Source: a virus. From it: 26,750 nt of DNA. Shown here one piece after another: positions 8,984-18,800 of this stretch; position 1 is the stretch's first letter; each line of letters begins with the position of its first letter. The notes under the pieces were generated by a model. The model saw only the letters and a list, made by a program, of their open reading frames with translations. It made no database searches and had not been told where the DNA came from. Made by a program: the position numbers and the translations under genes. The DNA is taken from the UHGV virus genome UHGV-1449992; one strand, written 5' to 3'.

Positions 8984-9010
8984 AGCCTCGCTTCAACGCG
9001 GGGCTTTTTT
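8984..9010 (+). terminator. Rho-independent terminator after the G-T genes
   Basis: AGCCTCGC-TTCAA-CGCGGGGCT stem (one G-U pair) followed by TTTTTT. Confidence 0.55.
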
Positions 9011-9154
9011 ATACCCAAATTTCACCGCGCATCTCACGCGCACTTCACACAGAACCTTTCAGGATGAGCCTTGAGGATACCGGCTGGCTGTCGGTGCCTT
9101 TCTGTGGGCCGGATTCCTGTGAGACAAGGTTCATCACTAAAAGGTAATACCGAT

Positions 9155-9910
9155 ATGTCTAACATTGTCCCCATGAATTATGATGACCATTCATTCCCTT
9201 TTGCTTCTGATTGCTGGTTTAATGCCACAGTTGCTGCAAAGCATCACAGGAAGAGAGTGAAGAACTGGACAATTCTGGAGTCAACAAGGGATTACGTTGT
9301 CGAGTTGGCGCAAGAGCTTGATATTGAACCATTCAATTCTAAAGGGCAGATTTCTACCCTTTTAATTAGGATTGAGAAAGGCCGTTATGGCGGCACATGG
9401 ATGCACCCAGAGTTGGCCGTTGAGTTCGCCCGTTGGTTGTCAGTCAAATTTGCCCGCGCCTGCGACCGCCACATTAAAAATTTGCTGCTGAGTAAAAATT
9501 TTCAGCTCACTGAAGATCAGATTGTCGGCCTCATGGTCTGCCAGCAACCCAGTTCCTGGGAAAAAAGGTTTAAAGACCCGTTCTACCAGGCACTGTCGAA
9601 AATGTCCGGCATTCCTTATTTTGGTCATGTCGGCGGATGTCCGGCGTTGTTCGGTCAGATCACCGCTCGCTGGGTCTACGGTGTAGCACTTCCTGATTAT
9701 GTCTATCAGGCAGCTAAACAGGCAGCCGGCAACAGCAAGGAGAAGATTCATCAGCATCTTAAGCCGGATGCGCTGGAGAAGGTCGAGCAGCAACTGATCG
9801 CCGTCACAAACATTGCCAGTTGCAGCATTGACCAGAAGGACTTTGAGGCCCGTTGCATGGCTGCCTTTCCTGTCAAAGGGCAGATGAAGCTGCTGTATGC
9901 GGCGGCATAA
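9155..9910 (+). CDS. KilA-N domain protein (N-terminal KilA-N DNA-binding domain; C-terminal region possibly P63C-like); accessory gene
   Basis: ATG 9155 preceded by AAGGTAA. N-terminus ...FNATVAAKHHRKRVKNWTILESTRDYVVELAQ...RIEKGRYGGTWMHPELAVEFARWLS has the hallmarks of KilA-N; not a structural gene. Confidence 0.65.
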   Translation: MSNIVPMNYDDHSFPFASDCWFNATVAAKHHRKRVKNWTILESTRDYVVELAQELDIEPFNSKGQISTLLIRIEKGRYGGTWMHPELAVEFARWLSVKFARACDRHIKNLLLSKNFQLTEDQIVGLMVCQQPSSWEKRFKDPFYQALSKMSGIPYFGHVGGCPALFGQITARWVYGVALPDYVYQAAKQAAGNSKEKIHQHLKPDALEKVEQQLIAVTNIASCSIDQKDFEARCMAAFPVKGQMKLLYAAA

Positions 9911-9912
9911 CC

Positions 9913-10170
9913 ATGAATAACCGAATCGTTGAGTGCGCCTCCAGAGCGGGGCGCGACTTCTCTGAGTTCATGAAAGGCGAGAAGAACATGATGGAGGCGC
10001 TGCGGTCTGCGGAGGAATTCACCGAGCAGTTACGCATTCACGGCTGCGTTAATCACCATTTCGTCAATTTCATGATGATGAAAGCGATAATGAAGGTGTT
10101 CGACGATATGCAACGCGAGGAGCAGCGTGAAGAGCGCCGAAGAAAACGAGCAGAAAAGAAAGGCAAATAG
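9913..10170 (+). CDS. Small hypothetical protein (85 aa) with strongly basic/acidic C-terminal tail; accessory gene
   Basis: ATG 2 nt after the KilA-N stop codon (translationally coupled geometry); C-terminus DDMQREEQREERRRKRAEKKGK. Confidence 0.45.
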   Translation: MNNRIVECASRAGRDFSEFMKGEKNMMEALRSAEEFTEQLRIHGCVNHHFVNFMMMKAIMKVFDDMQREEQREERRRKRAEKKGK

Positions 10171-10186
10171 CCCACCCGTGTGGGCT
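10169..10186 (+). terminator. Stem-loop after the small accessory gene (weak terminator or RNA-stability hairpin)
   Basis: AGCCCAC-CCGT-GTGGGCT perfect 7-bp stem overlapping the stop codon; poor U-tract. Confidence 0.35.
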
Positions 10187-10202
10187 TTCATCGCTAACTA
10201 CA

Positions 10203-10253
10203 GCGATCCTTTTGCAGCCTTAGAGGCCGCTTTGTTTGCAGCATCAGCTTGAA
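10203..10253 (+). pseudogene. Remnant 3' end of a second T-like tail assembly gene (recombination scar)
   Basis: About 48 nt with 6 mismatches relative to 8919-8968; translates SDPFAALEAALFAASA* versus the authentic T C-terminus GDPFAGLEAALLAASE*. Confidence 0.6.
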
Positions 10254-10328
10254 TTAAACAACGATAGCTGAAGTCTTTCTTAACCAATGGTAGGATTTGA
10301 GTACTTTTCTACCTTTTGGGATAAAAAA

Positions 10329-10850
10329 ATGAAAAAAATATTGGGTGTTTTATCTTTAGTCGTTTTTGCTATAGCATTTATTATTGCGTTAAGGCAACCA
10401 ATATCAATCGTATTTCTTATTGCTGTTTTGGCGATTCCTTTAAAATATATAGATAAAATTGGCGGAGAGATTGCTTCTCTTTTGATAATATTCGGTTCTA
10501 TCTTTGTTTTGTTTTTTGTTAACTCAATGGTTCCTTTATGGGGGGAGAGGTATGAGAATCATGAGGAGTTAGTGAGAATTAGCGAGAGCGATAGGCAGAA
10601 AAGATACAACAATATGAATGTTATATCAGCAAGCAACTCTGGTGTTAAGTCTGCATTAAAAGACCCTGAATCCGCAACCTTCAAAAATCAGAGCGTTGGT
10701 CGTGAAGGGTATGTGTGCGGTCAGGTAAATGCTAAAAACAGCTTTGGTGCATACGCCGGGTTTAAAAGGTATGTAAGTAAAAATGGCATGACAATTATTG
10801 ATGATGGCGGATCTGAATTTTCGAAACTATGGGGCGAGATTTGTAAATGA
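10329..10850 (+). CDS. AT-rich accessory membrane protein (about 3 predicted TM helices plus a soluble roughly 100-aa C-terminal domain), function unknown
   Basis: ORF with visibly lower GC than its neighbours; hydrophobic N-terminus KILGVLSLVVFAIAFIIAL...IVFLIAVLAIPL...LLIIFGSIFVLFFV. Alternative in-frame start at 10287. Confidence 0.6.
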   Translation: MKKILGVLSLVVFAIAFIIALRQPISIVFLIAVLAIPLKYIDKIGGEIASLLIIFGSIFVLFFVNSMVPLWGERYENHEELVRISESDRQKRYNNMNVISASNSGVKSALKDPESATFKNQSVGREGYVCGQVNAKNSFGAYAGFKRYVSKNGMTIIDDGGSEFSKLWGEICK

Positions 10851-10870
10851 TACATTCTTGCTAATTAAAG

Positions 10871-10893
10871 AAAACCGCTTAGGCGGTTTTTTT
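10871..10893 (+). terminator. Rho-independent terminator after the membrane-protein gene
   Basis: AAAACCGC-TTAG-GCGGTTTT followed by a T run, directly upstream of the tape-measure start. Confidence 0.6.
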
Positions 10894-10911
10894 ATATCTG
10901 CGAGGATATAA

Positions 10912-13900
10912 ATGGCAACTTTACGCGAGCTTATCATTAAGGTTTCAGCAAACTCTCAATCATTCCAGACTGAGATCGCCCGCGCATCACGCATGGGGCA
11001 AGACTATTATAAAACTATGCAGAATGGTGGGCGTCAGGCTGCTGCTGCTGCGAAGGAAAGCCAAAAAGCTCTTTCCGAGTTAACGGATGGATTTGCTTCA
11101 GCGGGTCGAGCTGCCACAATTGCAGCTGCAGCATTTGCAACAGGAAAACTGGTTCAGATTGCAGACCAATGGAACTCAGTAAATGCACGGCTTAAACAAG
11201 CCTCAGTGTCTACGAATGATTTTACTTTATCTCAAACCCGATTAATGGCGATCAGCCAGAGTACGGGCACTGCTTTTACTGATAACGCTAATTTATTTTC
11301 ACGCGCGGCAGCATCAATGCGTGAATTTGGCTACAGCTCAGATGAAGTACTCAAAATCACCGAAGCGGTATCAACAGGACTAAAACTATCTGGTGCAAGT
11401 ACAGAAGAGGCCGGCTCTGTTATTACCCAGTTTAGCCAAGCGCTTGCTCAAGGTGTTTTGCGTGGCGAAGAGTTTAACGTGGTTAACGAAGCCGGGGATC
11501 GTGTCATCCGTGCCCTGGCTGCTGGTATGGGGGTTGCCCGAAAAGATCTTAAAGCGATGGCTGACCAGGGGCAACTCACGATTGATAAAGTCGTACCAGC
11601 ATTAATCAGCCAGTTAGGTGTGTTACAGGGGGAGTTTTCCTCGTTACCGCCGACAGTTTCCGGTTCAATGCAAAAAGTCACTAACTCCTTTATGGCATGG
11701 GTTGGAGGGGTAAACCAGGCTACTGGTGCAACAGACGCACTTTCTGGCGGTCTTGATGGGCTGGCAGGTACGCTGGATTCTCTTACATCTTCTGCTGTCA
11801 GCGGGGCCCTCAGTGACGTAGCAGATAATATGTCACTAATTACCACCGCCGCAGGTGGCCTAGTTGGGATCGGATTAGCCCGGTATCTTGGCGGGATTGT
11901 TACCAGCGCAAGCAGCGCTACTGGCGCACTTATTTCAGCCGCAAAATCTGAAGTAGCCCTTGCAGTAGCCCAGGAAAAAGCCGCGCAATCTTCCGTTGCT
12001 GCTTCCCGCGCCGCAGTTTATCGTGCCCAGCAAGCCCTTCAGAGTGCTAAAAGTGCAGATGTTCAGGCCGCACAACAGGAGAGGGTTGCAGCCGCAGAAG
12101 CAAAGGTTACTGCTGCACAAGGTCGATTGACTACAGCCCTCGCCACCGGGACAGCTACAGAAAAAGTACGAGCACGAACAGCTTTGGAGCGGGCTCAGGC
12201 CGGACTTGTGGCAGCAAAAAATGCCGATGCACAGGCTATTGCAGAAAGAAAACTTGCCACAGCTCAAGCGGCGCTTAGCCGTAATATTTCAGGTAGGGTT
12301 TCTGCTCAAAATAACCTTAACAGCGTTACCTCTGTCGGCACCCGGTTGATGAGCGGGGCTCTTGGGCTGGTCGGTGGTATACCCGGGTTAGTAATGCTGG
12401 GTGCTGGCGCATGGTACGCTATGTATCAAAGCCAGGAACAAGCAAGAAAATCAGCTCAGGAGTATGCCAGCCAAATAGATCAAATCAGAGAAAAAACCTC
12501 CTCAATGACCCTACCTGAGGTCGATAGTAATCGCAGATTATCGGTTGAGGCGATGCAGGAACAAAAGCGCCTAATCGAAGAACAAGAACGGAGCGTTAAA
12601 AGTCTTAACGGACAAATAAAGGATTTAAATGAAAGTAGAAACAAGCCAGGCATTACTCAAGAAAATGATTTGAATATTACAAAGGCTATCGCAATTCTTA
12701 CCGAACAGATTGTCGTAGAAGAAGACAAGCTTCGTCAGATGCGAGAAAAGGCAAGCGATATACTAAAGGCGCAGGAGGAACAAGAAAGAAGAAGAAACGA
12801 TCTTATTAAAGATCGCGCCTGGCGTCAAAATGCTGAATACCAGAACCTTGTAATGATGACTGGTAAGTATTCCGAAGTTAACCGTTTACTTGGATTGGGA
12901 AACCAGCTTTTAATGGAACGGCAGGGCTTGGTTAACGTGCCAATGCGAATGCCTCAGGCTGATTTAACATCTCAACAAACAGCCGCACTGGAAAAAAGCC
13001 GCCGGGATTTAGATCTCTCTACACGTAAAGGCGAAGACAAGGAGCGCACCAGACTTGGCTATGTTGCAGATGATTTGGGGCTGAAGGATGAACCTCAATT
13101 CCAGACCGGAAGACAAGAGATAATTAATAATGGCATTAAAGAATGGAAAAATAACGAGGCAAATAAACCCACCCGGAAAGCGCCAAAAAGCGAAGAATTA
13201 AAAGCCGCCGAGAAGACAGAAGATGTTTACAAGCGTCTTATTAAACAGCAGGAAGAACAAATCGCTTTGGGAAGCCAGAATACCGAACTGGCTAAAGTCA
13301 AATACCAGGTGACGCAGGGTGAATTAGCTTCTCTTGAACAAGCCAAAAAAGAAATAATTCTGCAAAATGCAGCGCTTATCGATCAGAAAAACATTGCTGA
13401 ACAGTTAAAAACGTTCCGTGAGGGGCTGGCTGACAGCAACGCTGCTGCTCGTGACCGGGGAAATATTGATTTTCTTGGCGCCGGGATGGGGGATAAGGCC
13501 CGCGACCGCATGAAGGAAATGGCAGATATTCGTACTGATTTTCTCAAACAGCAGCGCGACCTGCAGCGGGATTTCAGCAAAGGTCAGATTTCTGAGGACC
13601 TGTACAAACAGCAAACGGAAGCGCTTCAGGCGGCGCTTACTGAACGGCTCCAGATTCAGGAGGACTACTACAAGAAAACCGATGAACAGCAGTCAGACTG
13701 GCGGGCGGGGATCAGCGATTCACTGATGAACTACGCCGATCAGGCTGCTGACCTCAGTTCAATGGCTGCCACCGCAACCAGCGAAATTCTGGATGCCACC
13801 ACTAACTCTATCTCCAACAACCTGACCAGCGTCCTGACTGGTGCGACTTCGTTCAAAGATGGGATGTCGAACATTTTCAGCTCTCTGGGTGAAACGGTGA

Positions 13901-14493
13901 TTAAGACGTTGATACAGATGGCAACACAGGCGCTAATCACCAAAGCGATTATGGCGTCGTTCGGCGGTGGGGCTGGTGGAATGTTCGGGAGTCTTCTTGG
14001 CGGAGGTGGGGGAGGTGGCAGCACCGGGACGGCCATTCAGAGCGCTGGTGCTAATCTTTCGTTTAATGCTCTGGGTGGTGTCTACGATTCACCTTCACTT
14101 TCCGCATACAGCGGCGGTGTATACAGCACTCCGCAGTACTTTGCGTTTGCGAAAGGCGCGGGCGTGTTCGGTGAAGCGGGACCCGAAGCGATTATGCCCC
14201 TTACCCGTGGCGCTGACGGTTCGCTGGGGGTTCGTGCGGTTGGACGTGAGTCACCGGCAGTCCAGGATGCTGCAAGGCAGCAGCAGGAAAGACAACTTCT
14301 TTCAACAGGTGATATCAACGTCAATTACCACCTCACAGGTAAACCTGATGATGTGATGATGCAGACAATGGATGCCCACGGTCGCCGCCTGGCTAAACAG
14401 ATTAAATCTGAACTGACGAGCGACGTTAACAATCCTCAAAATGCTTTCGGTAGAGCACTTTACTCCAACCTTCAGCCCAAAAAACCACGATAA
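10912..14493 (+). CDS. Tail tape measure protein
   Basis: 1193-aa ORF, Ala/Gln-rich coiled-coil-like body, Gly-rich stretch near the C-terminus; position after G/T. Confidence 0.9.
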   Translation: MATLRELIIKVSANSQSFQTEIARASRMGQDYYKTMQNGGRQAAAAAKESQKALSELTDGFASAGRAATIAAAAFATGKLVQIADQWNSVNARLKQASVSTNDFTLSQTRLMAISQSTGTAFTDNANLFSRAAASMREFGYSSDEVLKITEAVSTGLKLSGASTEEAGSVITQFSQALAQGVLRGEEFNVVNEAGDRVIRALAAGMGVARKDLKAMADQGQLTIDKVVPALISQLGVLQGEFSSLPPTVSGSMQKVTNSFMAWVGGVNQATGATDALSGGLDGLAGTLDSLTSSAVSGALSDVADNMSLITTAAGGLVGIGLARYLGGIVTSASSATGALISAAKSEVALAVAQEKAAQSSVAASRAAVYRAQQALQSAKSADVQAAQQERVAAAEAKVTAAQGRLTTALATGTATEKVRARTALERAQAGLVAAKNADAQAIAERKLATAQAALSRNISGRVSAQNNLNSVTSVGTRLMSGALGLVGGIPGLVMLGAGAWYAMYQSQEQARKSAQEYASQIDQIREKTSSMTLPEVDSNRRLSVEAMQEQKRLIEEQERSVKSLNGQIKDLNESRNKPGITQENDLNITKAIAILTEQIVVEEDKLRQMREKASDILKAQEEQERRRNDLIKDRAWRQNAEYQNLVMMTGKYSEVNRLLGLGNQLLMERQGLVNVPMRMPQADLTSQQTAALEKSRRDLDLSTRKGEDKERTRLGYVADDLGLKDEPQFQTGRQEIINNGIKEWKNNEANKPTRKAPKSEELKAAEKTEDVYKRLIKQQEEQIALGSQNTELAKVKYQVTQGELASLEQAKKEIILQNAALIDQKNIAEQLKTFREGLADSNAAARDRGNIDFLGAGMGDKARDRMKEMADIRTDFLKQQRDLQRDFSKGQISEDLYKQQTEALQAALTERLQIQEDYYKKTDEQQSDWRAGISDSLMNYADQAADLSSMAATATSEILDATTNSISNNLTSVLTGATSFKDGMSNIFSSLGETVIKTLIQMATQALITKAIMASFGGGAGGMFGSLLGGGGGGGSTGTAIQSAGANLSFNALGGVYDSPSLSAYSGGVYSTPQYFAFAKGAGVFGEAGPEAIMPLTRGADGSLGVRAVGRESPAVQDAARQQQERQLLSTGDINVNYHLTGKPDDVMMQTMDAHGRRLAKQIKSELTSDVNNPQNAFGRALYSNLQPKKPR

Positions 14494-14513
14494 CCTGCCC
14501 GGAGGGAAAGTTA

Positions 14514-14987
14514 ATGGCGGATATTATCTATCCGGATGAGTACCTGCCTATGCCGCTGATGGACGGGTACGGTTTTAAGCCCATATCACCGATACTGCGA
14601 ACGGAGATGACGTCCGGTCGCGCTCAGCAGCGAAGGCGATACACCTCAACACCGACCCAGGCATCAGTTAAATGGATTTTTAAAACTGATGCGCTGGCGC
14701 AGGTATTTGAGGCTTTTTTCAGGGATGCGCTTAAAGATGGTCAGTCATGGTTCTATCTGAAACTCCAGACCCCCATCGGGGTAAAGCCCTATAAAGCCAG
14801 GTTCGTGGATATTTACGAAGGGCCGACGCTGGTCGCGCCAAAATACTGGCAGTACAGCGCAACGCTGGAATTATGGGAACGACCGTTACCGCCGGTTGGA
14901 TGGGGAAATTACCCGGAATGGCTCGCTGGTCAGTCGTTACTGGATATTGCGCTAAACAAAGAGTGGCCGAAGCATGACAATTCTTGA
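14514..14987 (+). CDS. Minor (distal) tail protein
   Basis: 157-aa ORF directly after the tape measure; synteny with distal tail/baseplate genes; family not determined. Confidence 0.55.
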   Translation: MADIIYPDEYLPMPLMDGYGFKPISPILRTEMTSGRAQQRRRYTSTPTQASVKWIFKTDALAQVFEAFFRDALKDGQSWFYLKLQTPIGVKPYKARFVDIYEGPTLVAPKYWQYSATLELWERPLPPVGWGNYPEWLAGQSLLDIALNKEWPKHDNS

Positions 14988-15450
14988 GCGGCTATATGCC
15001 AGCAGCGGTTCGGAGGTTATCCACGACACGCTGCAGATATCGGCTGGCGATGATAACTACTGGTTAACCAGCGGCTGGGATGACGTTTCCGTAACGTTGG
15101 AAAATGGTCAGCCGGCGACGTTTGAAGCCTGCGCGATAGAAATTGCACTGCCAGCGCGAAATGCGGACGGAACGCAGGATCTGAAATTCGCCCTGAGTAA
15201 TATTGACGGTGTCGTTTCTGGAGCCATCGATAAAGTTCTGGATGAAATGAAATCAGCCACGCTGACATTCCGGCGGTACATTTCATCAGATCTGTCTTCC
15301 CCGGCATCATCACCGTATACGCTCGATATCAAATCCGGCTCATGGACCCCGACAGCAGTGCAGGTCACGGCGGGCTATATGAATGTCCTCAAAACAGCCT
15401 GGCCCCGTAAACGTTACAACCTCGCCGAGCATCCGGGCTTACGTTACTAA
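14974..15450 (+). CDS. Minor (distal) tail protein
   Basis: 158-aa ORF overlapping the previous gene by 14 nt; synteny. Confidence 0.55.
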   Translation: MTILERLYASSGSEVIHDTLQISAGDDNYWLTSGWDDVSVTLENGQPATFEACAIEIALPARNADGTQDLKFALSNIDGVVSGAIDKVLDEMKSATLTFRRYISSDLSSPASSPYTLDIKSGSWTPTAVQVTAGYMNVLKTAWPRKRYNLAEHPGLRY

Positions 15451-15462
15451 CCTGAGGCAAAT

Positions 15463-15843
15463 ATGTTTAATCCTGATAAATACCGTTCAGTCAGCTGGCT
15501 GAAAGGCGGTCGCGTATACCCGCTACTCGACTGCTTCGGCATTGTGAATGAAATCCGGCGCGATCTGAAATTACCCCTCTGGCCCGATTTCGCCGGAGTG
15601 ACCAAAGACGGGGGAGGCCTCGACCGGGAGGCGAGAAGGTTGATGCTTTCCCTGCAACGCTGCGAGCCCTGCGAAGGGGCTGGCGTGGCCTGCTATTCCG
15701 GCTCAACGGTTACCCATGTCGGGATCGTTGTCATGCTCGATAACCAGCTGCAGGTCGCGGAATGTAATCCAGGCTCGGGGGTTACGTTTCTGCCACTGGC
15801 GCGATTCATACGACGGTTTAACCGCGTGGAGTTCTGGCAATGA
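15463..15843 (+). CDS. NlpC/P60 (C40 peptidase)-like tail protein
   Basis: 126-aa ORF with candidate Cys...His catalytic pair (LDCFGIV ... THVGIVV) in papain-like spacing; position equivalent to lambda gpK-type proteins. Confidence 0.6.
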   Translation: MFNPDKYRSVSWLKGGRVYPLLDCFGIVNEIRRDLKLPLWPDFAGVTKDGGGLDREARRLMLSLQRCEPCEGAGVACYSGSTVTHVGIVVMLDNQLQVAECNPGSGVTFLPLARFIRRFNRVEFWQ

Positions 15844-18800
15844 CGATAAAGTTTTTTCCGTCCCGGTTGCCGGGTGAACCCCTGGAGACGCACGAACATG
15901 GCGCGATGACCCTGCATGAGTGGATGGCCAGGAATGTCCCGAGCTACTCGCAGGACAGAAAGCATCCTGTTGCGGTCGAACTGGACGGCCGGGCTGTTCC
16001 ACCTGCGGAATGGCCACTATGTTTGCTGCGGCCAGACAGCGATGTGCGGATTTACCCGATCCCGTATGGAACCGGCCTGGAAATCGCCGTGTGGGTATCG
16101 GTTGCCGTATCTATTGCCTCTACGGCCTATGCGCTGTTTTTCGCCCCGAAACCAGAGCTGGGCGGGTTTTCGTCAGGCAATTCAGCATCACTGGACCTGA
16201 ACCCGGCAAAAGCGAATACAGCTAAGCTTGGCGATCCTGTTCGTGAGGTATTCGGAAGAAACAGAATTTATCCGGATTACCTGGTGCAGCCGGTCACTCG
16301 CTTTGACCCCAATGATCCCACCCGGATGACGGTCGAAATGTTTGTCTGCCTCGGGTATGGACGTTTCTCTTATACCGGCGGTGATTTTCGGGTGGGTGAA
16401 ACTCCTGCTCTGCCGTTAGGCGATGGCTTTTCTTATACCAGCTATGGGCCGGGCGATAACGTGGCGGGGGACCGTCGCAGCGAGGTCTGGTTCAACAGTA
16501 CAGAAGTTGGCGGGACATCAAGCGGGTCAGGTCTGGATATGGCTCAGACTGCCCCTGAAGCCAGTGATATCGTTGCTGATGCCATGACTGTTAGCGGTGC
16601 ATCTGTTTCGTTTTCAGGTCTCGATGTCGATGATGACAACGATGATGATGAAGATGAGAACAAGCTGCCTCCTGGCTGGATTGAGGGTGCAATTGTCACT
16701 CTGAAAGCGCCAGTGAATTATCAGGTATCCATCGAGGGCGGTTTTAACGTGCTGACAGGAGACGTCGTGTCAGAGATTGCGCCATTCAGTGGAATGCCTG
16801 TCACCCTAACGTTTAACGGTACTGACTATGACCTGCAGATCGCCACGTATACCCCTCACCAGGACGCCGTTCCGGGAACAGGGGGAGCGACTGCGGTATT
16901 ACGCGCCAGTGCGTCGCCGTCAACGTATGACTTTACGACAACCAGCCAGACCTTTGCTCTGACCTGGCAGGGTATCACCTATACCATATCTCTGGTCGCC
17001 AACTACGGCACAATGTCTGGCTTGCTCGCAGCGATTAATGGCGGGTTGAATGGTTCGGGGCTCATTGCTCAGGATGATGGCGGCGTGATACGTATCGTCG
17101 AGATCTCCAGCCCCTGGCGTGGCGGCTCCATTACGTCATCTTTCCTGCCGGCGTCAGTATTTGGTGACGGCCCGGTATTTACTGCTGGTGCAGCCTCCAG
17201 CGGCGGAAGCCCTGCGGTAACAGCCAGCATCACGCTGGCATACGATTCTGGCACTGCCTTTTCCGGATTGCCGGAAGGAACCCAGCGGATTTCCCTGGCG
17301 CATCGTGGCAACGAATACCAGATAGCGTCTACTGATGGCCCCTCTGCGACCGTACAGCGTGTGGTTAACGGTGTCATCGACAGCACCTGGTCAGGCTTTA
17401 TGACCCGTACCGTCGTGGATTTTGCCGCGTCTGGTATTAACGATAATGAAACCTGGCTAGGCCCCTTTCTGGCCTGCCCGCAAAATGAAGTTGTGGACGC
17501 CTTCGAGGTCAACTTTGCTTTCCCAAACGGAATTTGCGGGTTCCAGAACAACGGGAATAAGCGGGTCCGCCATGTCGAGTATGAAATCCAGTATCGCGTT
17601 TATGGTTCCGGTTCAGGGTGGACGAGTAAGCCAGGGGTTTACGCGCTTAAAAACATTAATGGCCTCGGTTTTACAGAGCGTTTTGATCTGTCCTCTCCCG
17701 GGCTGGTGGAGGTTCGATGCCGCCGCCGTAACGAGCAGGGGAGCAACAACGCGAGAGACAGCATGTTCTGGCAGGCGCTCAGAGGTCGTTTGCTTTCCCG
17801 TCCAACCTCCTACGCAGGGATATCAACAATAGGGATCACGGTTGAAACCGGCGGCCAGCTGGCGGCGCAGTCAGACAAGCGTGTGAGTGTTGTCGCCACG
17901 CGAAACTATGATGGCGGTGGTGACAGGACAATCAGCGGTGCGTTCCTGCATCTTGCCCGCAGTCTGGGATATCGCGACGACCAGATCGACATTGCGGGGC
18001 TCAGTACGCTGGAGGCCACCTACTGGACGCCACGAGGCGAGTATTTTGACCATCAGGCAAGCAGTGACAGCACGTCCGCAAAGGATATTTTCGACAAGAT
18101 TGCTGAAGCAGGCATGGGGTATTTTCTGCTGTCTGACGGCTTACTTTCCGTCGGGCGTGAAGGGGTCAAAAGCTGGACCGGAATCATCACCCCCCAGGAT
18201 ACTGTCGAGGAAATGCAGACATCATTCAGGGTGCCTTCGGAGGACGATTTTGATGGTGTGGATGTGAAATACATCAATCCCGTGACCTGGGCGGAGGAGA
18301 CCGTACAGTGCCGGACGCCTGAAAATCCGTTCCCCCGGAAAACGGAGGCTTACACCATCGATGTCGTCATGACTGCGGATCGTGCCTGGCGTATCGGGAT
18401 GCGCCGGTTAATGAAATATCTCCATCAACGCCGGACGTATACGGCTACAACTGCAATGCTGGGATGGTGCCATGATTTTGGTGACCACATCATTTTGTCA
18501 GATGATATTCGAACCGGGAAAACCCAAAGTTGCCTGATTGACGCAATGACATACGACTTTCAGGAAATAACGCTACATGTCACCGAGCCTCTGGACTGGA
18601 GCTATACAAATCCCCGGTGCTGGATACTGTTTCAGAACAGTCGTCCATCGTCACGGATGCTGACGCCGCAGCGGATAGATGATTTCACTCTTACCATACC
18701 TTACAACGACGATCTGCACCCGGAAGACTGGATTATGGACGACCCTGATATTGATCCACCGCGTTTGCTGTTCTGCGACAGTGAAAAAGGTGCCCGGCAT

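Noticed and set aside
11386-12267. Several 60-130-aa ORFs on both strands inside the tape measure gene
   Set aside because: All are nested within or antisense to the 1193-aa tape measure ORF and have repetitive, composition-driven sequences.
13740-14036. Minus-strand ORF with a poly-proline run (PPPPPPP)
   Set aside because: It is the antisense reading of the glycine-rich GGN codon stretch of the tape measure protein; an artefact of composition.
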